A stretch of 64,000 nt of DNA from Haliotis rufescens (GCF_023055435.1 NW_025963779.1:84382001-84446000), one strand, 5' to 3'; positions 1 through 11,829 are shown, numbered from the stretch's first letter. The notes: generated by a model from the sequence alone, not told the origin. Made by a program: numbers and translations.

Positions 1-343
1 ATCGTCATCTTGTGTTATTGACAGTGTGATGTGGTACATTCATCATCATCTTGTGTTATTGACAGTGTGATGTGGTACATTCATCGTCATCTTGTGTTAT
101 TGACAGTGTGATGTGGTACATTCATCGTCATCTTGTGTTATTGACAGTGTGATGTGGTACATTCATCGTCATCTTGTGTTATTGACAGTGTGTGGTACAT
201 ACATCGTCATCTTGTGTTATTGACAGTGTGATGTGGTACATTCATCGTCATCTTGTGTTATTGACAGTGTGATGTGGTACATTCATCGTCATCTTGTGTT
301 ATTGACAGTGTGATGTGGTACATTCATCGTCATCTTGTGTTAT
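1..343. repeat. 41-bp tandem repeat (~8 copies) in PDCD7 intron, abutting the acceptor
   Basis: Unit atcgtcatcttgtgttattgacagtgtgatgtggtacattc repeats from base 1 up to tatctgcag. Confidence 0.95.
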
Positions 344-349
344 CTGCAG

Positions 350-462
350 GCCGCTATGCCTCGGATGTGTATGACAACAACTTTGAGAAGAAGATGAAGC
401 TGCTGACCTCACTGATAGAGACGCAGCAGACAGTGTACGAGAGTGAGGAGAGGACGCTCAAG
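350..462 (+). CDS. PDCD7: PDCD7 internal coding exon (..RYASDVYDNNFEKKMKLLTSLIETQQTVYESEERTLK); gene starts upstream of window
   Basis: ctgcag acceptor at 349, AAG|gtgctg donor at 463, open frame joining phase 0 to next exon. Confidence 0.8.
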
Positions 463-597
463 GTGCTGTCTGGTTTTGTAACATTGACGTAGATCGTAGT
501 AATGTTTCAACAGTGAAAGTGTCTGACCTAGTCCCCTCTGACATCATTGTCCAAACGTACATTGCCACGGATAAGTTCAATGACTGACATGTTGTAG

Positions 598-721
598 GTG
601 ATGCTGGATACAGTGGAGGAGGAGACAATGGAGCGAGACAAGGAGATTAAACGCTTGAAGGAACTTGCCAAGGAGAAGCGAGACAAGAAACTTGCTACGG
701 AAAAACTGTTTGGGAAAAAAG
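598..721 (+). CDS. PDCD7: PDCD7 coding exon (VMLDTVEEETMERDKEIKRLKELAKEKRDKKLATEKLFGKK), coiled-coil region
   Basis: ttgtag acceptor; ends AAG|gcaagt (GC donor, phase 1), in frame with exon at 1358. Confidence 0.85.
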
Positions 722-968
722 GCAAGTTGTTGTGGTCTGATAATATGTTGATCATTGTTAAAGGTCAGCCCAAGTTAGGTACAGGATATTTCTTACTTTT
801 ATTCAGTAATTTGCTCTTATGTTAATAATAGGTATTCAGTTCAGTTAAGGATTAAACTGATTCTTACATTAAAATATTGACTGGGTATATCTGTAGATCA
901 TAAAAATGATTTCAATTAATTCGAAATGAGTTCTAGCTATCAGATTTATATGCTATATAGACTGCCTG

Positions 969-1210
969 GATCCTGTGAAGATTCCAGGTTAGAATTGGTC
1001 TTCAGCCCATGTTTGTCGTAAAAGGCGACTAACAAGATCGGGGGGTCAGGCTTGCTGACTTGGTTGATGCATGGCATCGTATCCCAACTGCGTGGATTAA
1101 TGCTTATGATGTCAATCACTGGATTGTCTGGTCCAGACTCGATTATTTACAGACCACCGTCATATTGCTGAAATATTACTGAGTGGGGCGTTAAACAACA
1201 AACAAACAAA
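969..1210 (+). mobile_element. SINE-like family A copy
   Basis: Family consensus gacccgtgaagat...gtcgtaagaggcgactaa...gcgttaaa(caaa)n; TSD actgcctgg. Confidence 0.9.
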
Positions 1211-1357
1211 CTGCCTGGTGTGCAGTATGGTAACCCACTTCTCTTCATTGACATCTAAGAGTCATCTCTATTGATTGCCACGTTTAAGAAGATGGCTATT
1301 CCTAAGTATTTGACATAACTAGTTGTTTGTATGTTTAATGACCTGTTTGTATTTCAG

Positions 1358-1445
1358 CTGCTGTATCAGAAGACACAGAGTTATTTCCCTTCTATAGCTA
1401 CTACACTCAGGCTGAACACAGCATAGAAGCACTGGTGCAGATCAG
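1358..1445 (+). CDS. PDCD7: PDCD7 coding exon (AAVSEDTELFPFYSYYTQAEHSIEALVQIR)
   Basis: tttcag acceptor, CAG|gtcagt donor (phase 2); peptide matches recalled vertebrate PDCD7 motif PFRQYYLQAEHSLPALIQIR. Confidence 0.9.
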
Positions 1446-1706
1446 GTCAGTACACTGCTCCAGGGGTTTGGTTTCAGCAGAATGGTCTGGTGCAGATCAG
1501 GTCAGTTCACTGCTCCAGGGGTTTGGTTTCAGCAGAATGGTCTGGTGCAGATCAGGTCAGTACACTGCTCCAGGGGTTTGGTTTCAGCAGAATGGTCTGG
1601 TGCAGATCAGGTCAGTTCACTGCTCCAGGGGTTTGGTTTCAGCAGAATGGTCTGGTGCAGATCAGGTCAGTACACTGCTCCAGGGGTTTGGTTTCAGCAG
1701 AATGGT
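1432..1706. repeat. 55-bp tandem repeat x5 containing the PDCD7 5' splice site
   Basis: Unit ctggtgcagatcag|gtcagtacactgctccaggggtttggtttcagcagaatggt starts at 1432, 1487, 1542, 1597, 1652. Confidence 0.95.
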
Positions 1707-2359
1707 CTGATCCCAGATTCATCTGTGTTACGGCCTTTGGTCTGACACACTGGGAAGTAACTGAAAGATACTGCTCAAAAGAAGTTAAAGAACACCCGAT
1801 TCTTTCATATTATTACACTCAATCTGTCATGGTATTACAGCTATAACTGGTCATGAAAACATTGGATGTTCTTTGACTTGATTGAGTAGTACATTGTGCA
1901 CTGTGGTTTTAATTAAAACTAACTTACTGACACATGCATTATAAACATATCCATGCAGTTTCGTTTGATCAACGTAGAGACACTATAAAAATTTGCTCAA
2001 AATGTAAAGAATATGTACCATATTCACTGTAATAAGCGCCCTGCATCAATACCTAACCCCTGACCAACTTCTAGTCCAGTCTGTAAGTAATATTTATAAG
2101 TGTGCCTGCATGTTGCTATATAAGTGCAATAATCTTGGACGCGATGTTAAATATTTCGCCTCATCCCACCTAGTAACTATTATCAAAAATGTTTAAGATT
2201 CATCAGCGTTTGAATGTAGGTTTGTTCACAAATGCTTGATCCCTGAAAAATGAACTTGTTTCAGGTCTTAATAAGGGACCTCCTTTGACAATATGTGGTG
2301 AATACAGCAATGTATTACTGGTACACAATACCTCAAAACAATCACTCCTTACTTTTCCC

Positions 2360-2540
2360 TGATTATGTTTCTAGGTTTGTTAGCACCATACCCATGCTCG
2401 AGGGTTTCACCAAAGTGGTAAACGTCTGAGACCTTAATCACTTCGGGCTTTCCTCCCACATAAAGCTGACATTCCATGATATAACTGAAATACTGTTAAA
2501 AGCGGCGTTAAACCCAACTCACTCACTCACTTACTCACTT
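2360..2540 (+). mobile_element. 5'-truncated SINE family D copy
   Basis: Matches 3' part of 50880-51183; (actc)n tail. Confidence 0.85.
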
Positions 2541-2646
2541 ACTTGTCAGTTTGTAAAAGTGTTATGTTTCGTCACGATACTACTGTCAGAGGCAAACAAT
2601 TAATGTAATGTTGGTTTGTGGTACAACTGGGCTTGTTGTGTTGCAG

Positions 2647-2767
2647 ACATGAGTGGGACCTCCATCTGGTACCACCCAACATCCCTGCCGGGAGTCGTAT
2701 CCCGGATGGCTGGATCATGCCTGCTGAACCCTCATCGGAGGCCTGGGCATCCACCTTGAAGGATTAA
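2647..2767 (+). CDS. PDCD7: PDCD7 terminal coding exon (HEWDLHLVPPNIPAGSRIPDGWIMPAEPSSEAWASTLKD*)
   Basis: ttgcag acceptor phase 2; matches recalled PDCD7 C-terminus HDWDQYLVP..G..VPQGWVLPPLPSNDIWA; TAA at 2765-2767; candidate AATAAA at 3453. Confidence 0.9.
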
Positions 2768-2836
2768 ATACTTTCTTACTTATAAATATGGTGTGTTGTT
2801 TCCTTGTTTATAGTGAATATGTTTCATACTTGCCCT

Positions 2837-3181
2837 GACCGCCTCCGTGGTCTAGTGGTAGAGCGTCCGCCCGGAGAGCGGAAGGTCCGGGGTTTGATCC
2901 CCGGCCACGTCATACCAAAAGACGTTAAAAGATGGTACTTGTTACCCTGTCTGGCGCTTGGCATTAAGGGGCTAAAACAAGGACTGGACGGCTCGGAGTC
3001 AGTATACTGTGTCTGAGTGGGGTATTCATGTTAAACTGCGGCATGGTATCTCAGTGAACTAGCACTATAAATTGGCATCAGTCCGGACTAGTACAAGCAG
3101 CCACACAAACACATACACGCATGGCGGTATATAAGTGCAATAATCTTGGACGCGACCTTAAACCCAATTTCACCTCACCTC
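2837..3181 (+). mobile_element. tRNA-derived SINE family C, full length, probably in PDCD7 3' UTR
   Basis: A box tggtctagtgg, B-box-like ggtttgatccc, (cacct)n tail, TSD tcatactt. Confidence 0.85.
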
Positions 3182-4009
3182 ATACTTTCCCGGCATGACC
3201 TGTACTTCTGACCAGAGACACAGAATCTCAGTGGATTCAGGTGTCAGTGTGCTGGGCAGATATGCATGTCTGTCAAGCCTCTGGGGCAGGACTAGTCCCA
3301 AGTGTGTATGCTTGGACTGTGGGGCGGAATGGGTTTACAGTGACCCTCTCTGTCTCCCTGTGGAGATTGCAGGGCAGAACCCCCGTACCCACACTTGTCT
3401 CGCTGTCGGATTCTGGGACTCGAAGTGTCCCCTGTCATAACACCTTAACTTGAATAAACCTTATCCAAATGTCGAAGTATATAACCATTAAGGTTTTGTT
3501 CATCTGTTGCTATTTCATGCATAATAACCTTGAAAAATAGTTTGGATGTTCACACCTCAAACACTCTTCCAGTCTGTTACATAATGATCACCGCATGTTG
3601 AGAGAACTGTTTGACTGGCATTCAAGAAGTTGGTCAGTAAGTAGAATAAGGTAAACTTTATGGACAGCAACTTCTGGTTTATAGCTTATAGCAAAGTTTC
3701 TTACACCGTTATCAAGCTGGACTGGTCTTGATAGCAGTGAGAATCTACATCAAAACGTCTCTATATGCAATTAACCAGATGTTGTTATCCATAAAGCAGT
3801 ACGTTTTCTATACTAATGGTAAAAATCTCCATGAACATTAAATAATGTCCCAGTAGGTCTGTAAAGGTTTCTCATGACACATCCTCGCTCCATAACATCA
3901 GGTTTTGTTTTTTGTCATTAGCGATAATCTACCTTTGCGCAGACAAACTTGTGTCATATATATATCCTATAAACAAAGTCACCAAATCCATATGGTCTCA
4001 TATGACACA

Positions 4010-4210
4010 GAATAGGTCTCCAGCACCCATGTGATTACCGGATCGGGCGGCCAGGCTCTCGGACTTGACTGATGCATGTCATTTATCCCAAATGCGTAGA
4101 TCAATGCTGATGATGTCAATCCATGGATTGTCTGGTCCAGAGTCAATTATTTACAGACCGCCATCATGTAGCTGGAATATTGCTGAGTGGGGCGTTAAAC
4201 AACAAACAAG
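4010..4210 (+). mobile_element. SINE family A partial copy
   Basis: Matches body and tail of family A. Confidence 0.8.
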
Positions 4211-4505
4211 CAGGTCCCTCCGTGATAGAGCGCTGGCTCCCCACATGGTCATTGCACCAGTTTGTAAATCCAGTATGACCTATACTCTGATAACACCCTT
4301 TACAACATAAGAAAAACACTGATTGTGTAGGTAGTTTATTTATGGTGGTGAAGTGACTCACACATGAAAATAAATTAATGTTCATTTATAATACATGACA
4401 AGACATCTCAGAAATGACGGACACCATTCACGCATACGTGCGTTGTACATCATTCACAAGTGGCGTGTGTTCCCCAGAATGTATATCATCCAATCCATGT
4501 CTCCT

Positions 4506-4619
4506 CTAGTTGAACCCCTTCCATGCGTACGATGCGACCACACCCATGTCTTTGTAGATAGACTTGACAACACGCCGGTCACTGTCGGGAATATCCTGAG
4601 CTTTGGTTAATCTTTCAAG
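4506..4619 (-). CDS. Uncharacterised 106-aa protein, terminal exon (LERLTKAQDIPDSDRRVVKSIYKDMGVVASYAWKGFN*)
   Basis: tgttgtttcag acceptor, phase 0, TAG at 4508-4506. Confidence 0.8.
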   Translation of the reverse strand, partial: LERLTKAQDIPDSDRRVVKSIYKDMGVVASYAWKGFN

Positions 4620-4773
4620 CTGAAACAACAGATGAAATGCTAGTCGGTTGATATAATACACTTTGGGGCTACTTCAGTATTTGTATGGGATGTTGTGTTA
4701 ATATTTTGTTGAGAAAGAATAATAAACATCAATCGATAGATCTATGTTTAACACCTATAGTTGCCAGAAGAAA

Positions 4774-5003
4774 GTGAGTGAGTGAGTATGGTTTTAGCAA
4801 TATTCCGGCAATATCACGGTGGGGGGACACCACAGATGGGCTTCACACATTGTACCCATATGGGGAATCGAACCCGGGTCTTCGGTGTGACGAGGGAACG
4901 CTTTAACCACTAGACTACCCCACCGCCCCTCATGTATTATGGGTCCCCTGCCGTGATATTGCTGGAATATTGCTAAAAGCGGTGTAAAACTAAACTCACT
5001 CAC
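4774..5003. mobile_element. SINE family B copy on - (4774-4930) next to a + strand 3' fragment (4945-5003)
   Basis: tRNA-like head, (actc)n tail; fragment flanked by catgtattat direct repeats. Confidence 0.85.
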
Positions 5004-5385
5004 CCATGTATTATTGGGTGGTGGGAGGGGGGGACAGTCTCAGAACTATCATATTTCACCAACCATCCCCTATTTTATGCAACATTTTTTCATCTCCCCC
5101 CGGCTCAACTCAAAAAATAAATAACCAAACCCTAAGTAATGTTCAAATTTATTAAAAATATAACATTTGAAATAAAGAGAACTGCAATTTTACCATGCCC
5201 ACCACATTGCCCCTAAACACCCCCACACCCCCTATACAAACACAAACACATAGTGGTTAAAGTTTGGCGATGCCTCACTTTCGCAGTGTCGTTTCTCGAT
5301 CCCTCCCCGTTAATCCACCGCTCCCCCCTTTAATAAATGATCAGTCACTAAAAACAATGGTTCAAGTTTAAGATCTCTTACTCAC

Positions 5386-5592
5386 CATTTCATTTATTTC
5401 ATCTTGACTCATATTTTTGTTCGGTCTGTTGAAAGTCGGTTCCTTTGACTCCGAGACTTGGTTCAACCTCGCCACCACAGCCTCGATCTCTTCCTCGCTC
5501 AGCTTCTGGTGGCCGAGGCCGTACTTCGGCTTGAGGATTGTGCCCCAGGGGAGCTTACTGCTGGGGGGATTGACTGAGGACTCGGACGTCAT
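5386..5592 (-). CDS. Uncharacterised 106-aa protein, first coding exon (MTSESSVNPPSSKLPWGTILKPKYGLGHQKLSEEEIEAVVARLNQVSESKEPTFNRPNKNMSQDEINEM)
   Basis: ATG at 5592, ATG|gtgagt donor, upstream acceptor tttcatttcag at 5623, coding-like composition. Confidence 0.8.
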
Positions 5593-5837
5593 CGTTACAC
5601 TAGAGTTATTTCCCTTATACCGCTGAAATGAAAACGTTGACTTGTACTCTAATGACACGTAACTAACAGCAAAGCAGCGACAGGTAATTGACATTGTAAA
5701 GACAAGTCCAAGAGTTCTTAACTACGTTTTCTGTAACATGTAAAGACATTAAATGTACGTATCTATGGCGACGGTACATCTCCCAAACTTACAGGTCTAG
5801 GATCTGAGTACTGCATAGCAGTAATTGTTTTAATCGT

Positions 5838-6040
5838 TAGTTGGTTGGTTTTACGCCGCACACTGCTATATTCCAGCTATATGACGGCGGTCTGTAAATC
5901 GAGTATTGACCAGACAATCCAGTGATTGACATCATGAGCAACGATCCACGCCAATGGGATCGATGTCATGCATCCAGCAAGTCAGCGAGCCTGGCAACCA
6001 GATCCCGTTAGTCGCCTCTTACGACAAGCATAGTCGCCTT
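5838..6040 (-). mobile_element. SINE family A copy (5' truncated)
   Basis: Reverse complement of family A body and tail. Confidence 0.85.
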
Positions 6041-6239
6041 GTTATCGACCAATATGTATCAATGATTGTGATATCAAATATCTCAAGTCGCGAGTATCTT
6101 TGGTGTTAGGTTTGAGCAAAGTTAGACAATTTTAAGAAAAAAATAGCAATTAGGGTGAAGGATGTAAATCACGTGTAGCGTATTTCACATTTGAACAATT
6201 TCACAGCAGTAGACCACAACCCATGTGTTACATAACAAC

Positions 6240-6470
6240 AATAATAATAATAATAATTTATTTTCCGCATTGTCCACACCACACAGGGGCATGCTCAAAG
6301 CGCTATTATTACTCCGGTCACTGGTGCAGTGTGCACTCAATCATTTTCAGCTCCCTGGGGAGTACGCCACCCAAGCTGTCTGTTAGTCGCTAGAAGGTTA
6401 ACAACAAGCCATCTCATCCTACCGGGTACCCATTCACTGCTAGGTGAACAGAGGCACATTTCGAACAACA
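6240..6470 (-). mobile_element. Old SINE fragment with (att)n tail and L2-like 3' end
   Basis: (aat)n followed by gcatgctcaaagcgct and gggtacccattcactgctaggtgaacagagg, resembling recalled core-type SINE segments. Confidence 0.5.
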
Positions 6471-7910
6471 TCGACCCCGACGGCTGACAACGGGTATCTC
6501 AAAACAAGCATACACACAGCACAGCTCGAAAACAAGACACACTATAACTGAATTTCATAAACATAAACAAACGAACATATGTTACATTTCTTCTAACCTA
6601 CCTTTCTTGTACAAACTAGTTACCATAACAGCTATGTCAACACTTCACGAGCACTTAAACACCCGACTGCTCAACTCGAAGTCAAGCGGTATCTACCCTC
6701 CAAATACTGTCGGTTCTGGCAGTGCTTCCACGGTAATCCCACTATTGTGGACAACGCGGGGAGGGTGTTACAGGAAGAATTTCTATGGAGCCATAATCCC
6801 CCAAAAGGATTGGTAACACCAAAGTCGAATAAAACACTTTTCTTTGTGAGAACCCATTAACATGTAAACTCGGCATGTGATCGGATTGGATTATACTAAC
6901 CCGCCATCTTAGTGTTCATCTATACACTGTTACAATAGGAATGCATGGACCAGGGGCCATGTCAATAGATAATTATCCATTTAGTCCAAATTAACAGGAG
7001 TGCTCAAGAGAAGGAATAAGCTTGGCTAATAGAAGATTACATGGGGTTTGTTTGCTCTCGGGTGTTGCTTAGCGATTGGTCCGGGTGCGTATAGGAAGTT
7101 TTACTTGTTTCAGAAAACAAACAGTGATTCGGCTGCTAAAAAGACACATAATGTCCATTATGTAAGATAGTGATTGTCTGGCTGGAGTAGTGTATAATTG
7201 TACGTCGACGGCGAGGATCGATGTCCAGGTAATTGGGCACAGGTGTGTTTTTTTGTAATAGCTGCCTGAGTAGGAATGGATTATCAGTCTAGATGTTAAC
7301 CATACATCGTGAACTGCGTCCACTCACTCACCCACTGGACCTGTCACGTGACATCCGAGACGACAATAACCCCATACACATGTTGAGACGCCCCCGTAGT
7401 ATTGAACGCATGTATTGAAAGCTGGCATGAAGCCATGCTATTGAACACACGCTGAGATTGGAAATTGAGATGACTTAAGGCGACTATGTACTGAGCGATG
7501 ATCTTGGCGGGACCGACCTACTGATTGCTGATTGTTACACTCCTTGAATAAGGGTGTCACTGCATGGATGCACACCCAATGTAGGGAGGTCTACCCGTTT
7601 AACAATACCCGATGATAACCCCCGTGTCAGAACTAGTGACGACATTATCGAGGTCAAACGGGTATAAATCAACGTACGCCGGATGTCCGAGCCATGTTAA
7701 GTGGTATTCCGGAAACCACCGAGGTACGCTGAATGTCTCTTGGCTGTCAGGATCCGTTGATTGATTCAAAGACTAGACCTTCTTAAGAACCTTGGTTTCG
7801 CTATACCCACGGCCGAGTGTTCACCAGAAAGGAAAACGCCTGCGCCCGACATTGTCCACACTCTTTGATCTGACATGTAATACTGCTCACAGCGACTTTA
7901 AACCCAAATA

Positions 7911-8174
7911 GGCCAGTGAAGATCCGGGATAGAATAGGTCTTCAGCAACCCATGCTTGCCCTAAAAGGCGACCATTCTTGTCGTAAGAGGCAACTAACTT
8001 GATTGGGTGGTCAGGCTCGCTGACTTGGTTGATGCCTGTCATCGATCCCAACGGCGTGGATCGATGCTCATGACGTCAACCACTGGATTGTCTGGTCCAG
8101 ACGCGATTATTTACAGATCGCCGTCATATAGCTGTAAAATTGCTGAGTGCGGCGTTAAACAACAAACAAACAAA
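7911..8174 (+). mobile_element. SINE family A full copy
   Basis: Consensus match; 12-bp TSD ttaaacccaaat. Confidence 0.9.
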
Positions 8175-8747
8175 TTAAACCCAAATTACATTTCGATATT
8201 CTGTTGAATGTCAAATGCCACCTTCAAAACAGGAAGGAAACGTATGGTGCACAATGATTTGAACTGCAACAGGAACTCGCGTGTCAGGTAAACTTATCAT
8301 ACAATCGTCTAACGGAAAGTCAATGCTTCGGCAGCGTTATCTCAGCGCTCCTGTATACAAAGGGCGATTGTTGTGCATATTCTTCACGGCGTGTAGTAAC
8401 AGCCTGTTAACCCATGCTTTGTATAGAGCACCGCACAATCGGTGGACATATATTTGTGACATGTTCGGTCACTGTACTGAGTCACAGCTACAATTTCAGG
8501 CTTCATTAATCGGCTACCCCTGGCGCTTTTAGCACCAAGCACTTGTCATGATTATCTGTACATGTCCTTCCGCTTGCTACCACTGTGTTCAAATGGTTGT
8601 GGTGTCGTGTTGTGCTCTATTGACCCAGTGGGCTTCGTTCTACCGGATTTCACTGGCTAAGTTCTGAAGTTTACCTATAGCTATAGTATAGTAATAAATC
8701 CTGCTGTATTATAAAAACTGTCTGATTACAGGACAAATATTTAAATG

Positions 8748-9066
8748 TTGTACACGTGTTGTAAATGACGTTATATGTACATGTACACATGTTTTAAATG
8801 ACGTTACCCGTACCTGTACACGTGTTGAAAATGACGTTTCATGTACCTGTGCACATGTAAAAGACGTTACCTGTACCTGTGTACGTGTTGTAAATGACGT
8901 TACATGTAACTGTCCACGTGTTTTAAATGCCGTTACCTGTACATGTACACGTGTTTTAAATGGCGTTGAATGTAACTGTGTACGTGTTGTAAATGACGTT
9001 ATATGTACCTGTACGCGTGTTTTAAATGGCGTTGAATGTAACTGTGCACGTGTTGTAAATGACGTC
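8748..9066. repeat. ~33-bp degenerate tandem repeat
   Basis: Recurring tgtacacgtgttgtaaatgacgtta units. Confidence 0.85.
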
Positions 9067-9587
9067 ATGGTCAGTTAACATGAGAACTCGCTATAATGCC
9101 AAATAATGCACTGCGATAACGCCTGGCACGGATATTATATAAAAACATATTCACATTCCATACATTTTTCGATGTTACTATTTTTTAACTCCTTTTAAAG
9201 CCAACTCGCTATACAACCAGATTTACTTGCGTCCATTAACGATCAAACCCATTGTGCTGCTATCACCTCACAACTACACCCTGTTACGTATCCTGGTGTA
9301 ACTAACCCTCAATCCATGAATAGTTGTAAATCTCACTGGTTGAGGCACATTAGGCAGCTGCCTATGTTGTAAGTAGTAAAGCCGCTTTACGTCTTATATC
9401 ACACGTAACTGGAGTATTCCCCTGTACTATTCTCTAGCCTAGAAACACTAGATTTATTGCTCATTTAGATAGGATTGAAGAGTGATCCATAGCCAGGTCT
9501 CTGTATGTGTTGTTGTGTCGTCACCTGCCTGTACCCGCATGTCGCTCTGACCGTTCCACATACCCGTATCCGATTCACATACCGAAG

Positions 9588-9745
9588 TAATAGCAACACT
9601 ATTTAAATAAGGGAATTTAATAGCAACACTATTTAGATAAGGGAATTGCATATCAGCACTGAATATAAATAAGGGAATTGCATAACAACACTGTATATAA
9701 AGAAGGAAATTGTATAGCAACGCTGTATATACATAAGGGAATTGG
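9588..9745. repeat. ~30-bp degenerate tandem repeat
   Basis: Recurring tagcaacactatttaaataagggaatt. Confidence 0.7.
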
Positions 9746-9994
9746 GAAAGTTACTGACAAAATCACGCACCTGATACTTCTTAGTAAGAAAGCCATTTGT
9801 TCCTATGACTTCCGTTGATCGTGCCCCAACATGGACCCTTGGTCACTATGTGGTAATCGTGCACCACTTTGGACTTCCCTCCCCATTAAATCTTTCACTT
9901 CGTGACAAAACAAAATACGGCTAAAAGCAGCTCCCTCCCTCACCCCCTCCCTCACTTGGGACAGAGCTTCGGGTCATTGACAGTCCTGGAATGC

Positions 9995-10170
9995 TCACCT
10001 CTGACAATGTCACAGTTTCACACCTGTCACCTCTGACAATGTCACAGTTTCAAACCTGTCACCTCTGACAATGTCACAGTTTCAAACCTGTCACCTCTGA
10101 CAATGTCACAGTTTCACACCTGTCACCGCTGACAATGTCTCAGTTTCACACGTGTCACCTCTGACAATGT
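9995..10170. repeat. 32-bp tandem repeat (~5.5 copies)
   Basis: Unit cacctgtcacctctgacaatgtcacagtttca. Confidence 0.9.
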
Positions 10171-10666
10171 CTAGGTCGAGGGTTGGCACTGGCAGCATAG
10201 CCCCCCTTTAAGGGTACAGTGGATCCGGACTCCTTTACCCCACGTGATTACAACGCGGCATATAACGTGCAATTCGTGCAAAGCATCTAAAAACTCATTA
10301 ATCTACCAATCCAAAATACAATAAACATACAAACACCCACCCCACCCGGCTCCCTTAGTTCCCTCCTCCACCCACCCCGGCATTTATTCCAAATTTAAAA
10401 ATTCCAAAAAGTCAATATAAGCAACCCCTAAAAGCCCCCTCTTGGGTTGCACACACCACTTTCACCCTTTTCGGAATACACTAAATGGTCCGTCCAGGCC
10501 CGTGTGCGAAATACGCTACAGTCGGAAGGCGCACGTTAAATCTCCTATATCAGTCAGTCAGTAAAGGATGTACCTATCCCCGGCTCGTATCGATATGGCT
10601 GAAACACTACCGATGCGACTTTATTTACCTCACTCACTGTCTACAACGCTCCTTTGAATGTATATA

Positions 10667-10776
10667 TACTACTCAGAAGAAGTTCAGAAACACCCGGTTC
10701 TTTCATATTGCAATGGCATGACGGGTCAACTATAGGTAATATGAAAAAGTAGGTGTTCTTTAACTTCTTTAGTGTA
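10667..10776. mobile_element. Short palindromic MITE, TA-flanked, same family as 40652-40783
   Basis: Imperfect inverted arms agaagttcagaaacacc..tttcatatt / aatatgaaaa..ggtgttctttaacttct. Confidence 0.6.
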
Positions 10777-11372
10777 GCTGTAGTATACACATTTGTAAGA
10801 CTGACTCTCTACTTACCAGACAGCACGTCACGAAAGTCACCCTGTTTAGCCCGTGGTTGACAGTACACACAGTCTATGTGGACTAATATATTTACATGGC
10901 TGTGTTGACATAGCAGTTATCTAACAATCGCTGAAGCCAAGCCAACATTGTCTTACTTTCCGTATTTGTTTTCTGTACGGCTGTCACTTAGAAGGCCATT
11001 ATTTACAAGCACCTGTTGATCACATAGCAGGGTTGATGCGTTTAGACCTGGGCAAAAGTGTTGACATTTTGATTGATATTGATGTATTCACAACCTTTCC
11101 TGACCACTCAGGTGAAACTCGTCCATTGACAGGCAAGCTAAGCTTCTTGTAAGACCGTGCACGTATTGTTTACTGATATTTCCTGAAGATGGCAGTCGGT
11201 TCCATACATGCACTGGGATTTTGTAAATAAGGAAAGGCAAGGACTGCAATTGTTACTGTGAATTTAGTCCAAGGTCCGTTTTGTTGAAGCACCCGTAAAA
11301 TATTCGTACATCCCACAGTGACCCATTCGGGAGTGTCTGCCCACTCGCCTCGCTTCCATGGAGAATTCCATC

Positions 11373-11725
11373 TTGTTTGTTTGTTATTTAACGCTGTACT
11401 CCACAACATTCCAGCTATATGACGGCGGTCTGAAATAATCGAGTGTAGACCAAACAATCCAGTGATTGACATCATGAGCATCGATCCACGCAATTAGTGA
11501 GTGAGTGAGTATGGTTTTTCGCCGCTTTTAGCAATATTCCAGCAATATCACGGCGGGGGGACATCAGAAATTGGCTTCACACATTGTACCCATGTCGGGA
11601 ATCGAACCCGGGTCTTCGGCGTGACGAGAGAACGCTTTAACCACTAGGCTACCCGACCGCACCTCCACGCAATTAGGGTACGGTGACATGCATCGACCAA
11701 GTCAATGACCCTGACCACCCGACCA
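11373..11725 (-). mobile_element. SINE A interrupted by nested SINE B (11498-11663)
   Basis: 13-bp TSD tccacgcaattag at 11485 and 11664 inside family A sequence. Confidence 0.9.
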
Positions 11726-11829
11726 CGTTAGCCGCTCTTACGACAAGTATGGGTTGCTGAAGGCCTCTCTTCCAGGGAGAATTCCAGCTGCATATTATTA
11801 ATTATCAATACTTAATACAGAATTTGTAG

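Noticed and set aside
1490-1846. Alternative C-terminus SDPRFICV..VLQL reached through the 55-bp repeat (intron-gain/frameshift VNTR idea)
   Set aside because: Splicing 1445 to 2647 yields the recognisable PDCD7 C-terminus, so this stretch is intronic.
2572-2754. Minus-strand 60-aa ORF
   Set aside because: Antisense shadow of the PDCD7 terminal exon.
3195-3453. GC-richer Cys-containing ORFs after SINE C
   Set aside because: No recognisable domain or splice context; they lie before an AATAAA and are more likely PDCD7 3' UTR.
8007-8207. Recurrent ORF MVRLADLVDACHRSQ.. (also 21713, 24020, 42259, 55208, 62653)
   Set aside because: Chance reading frame within SINE family A copies, starting at a non-ATG codon and variably disrupted.
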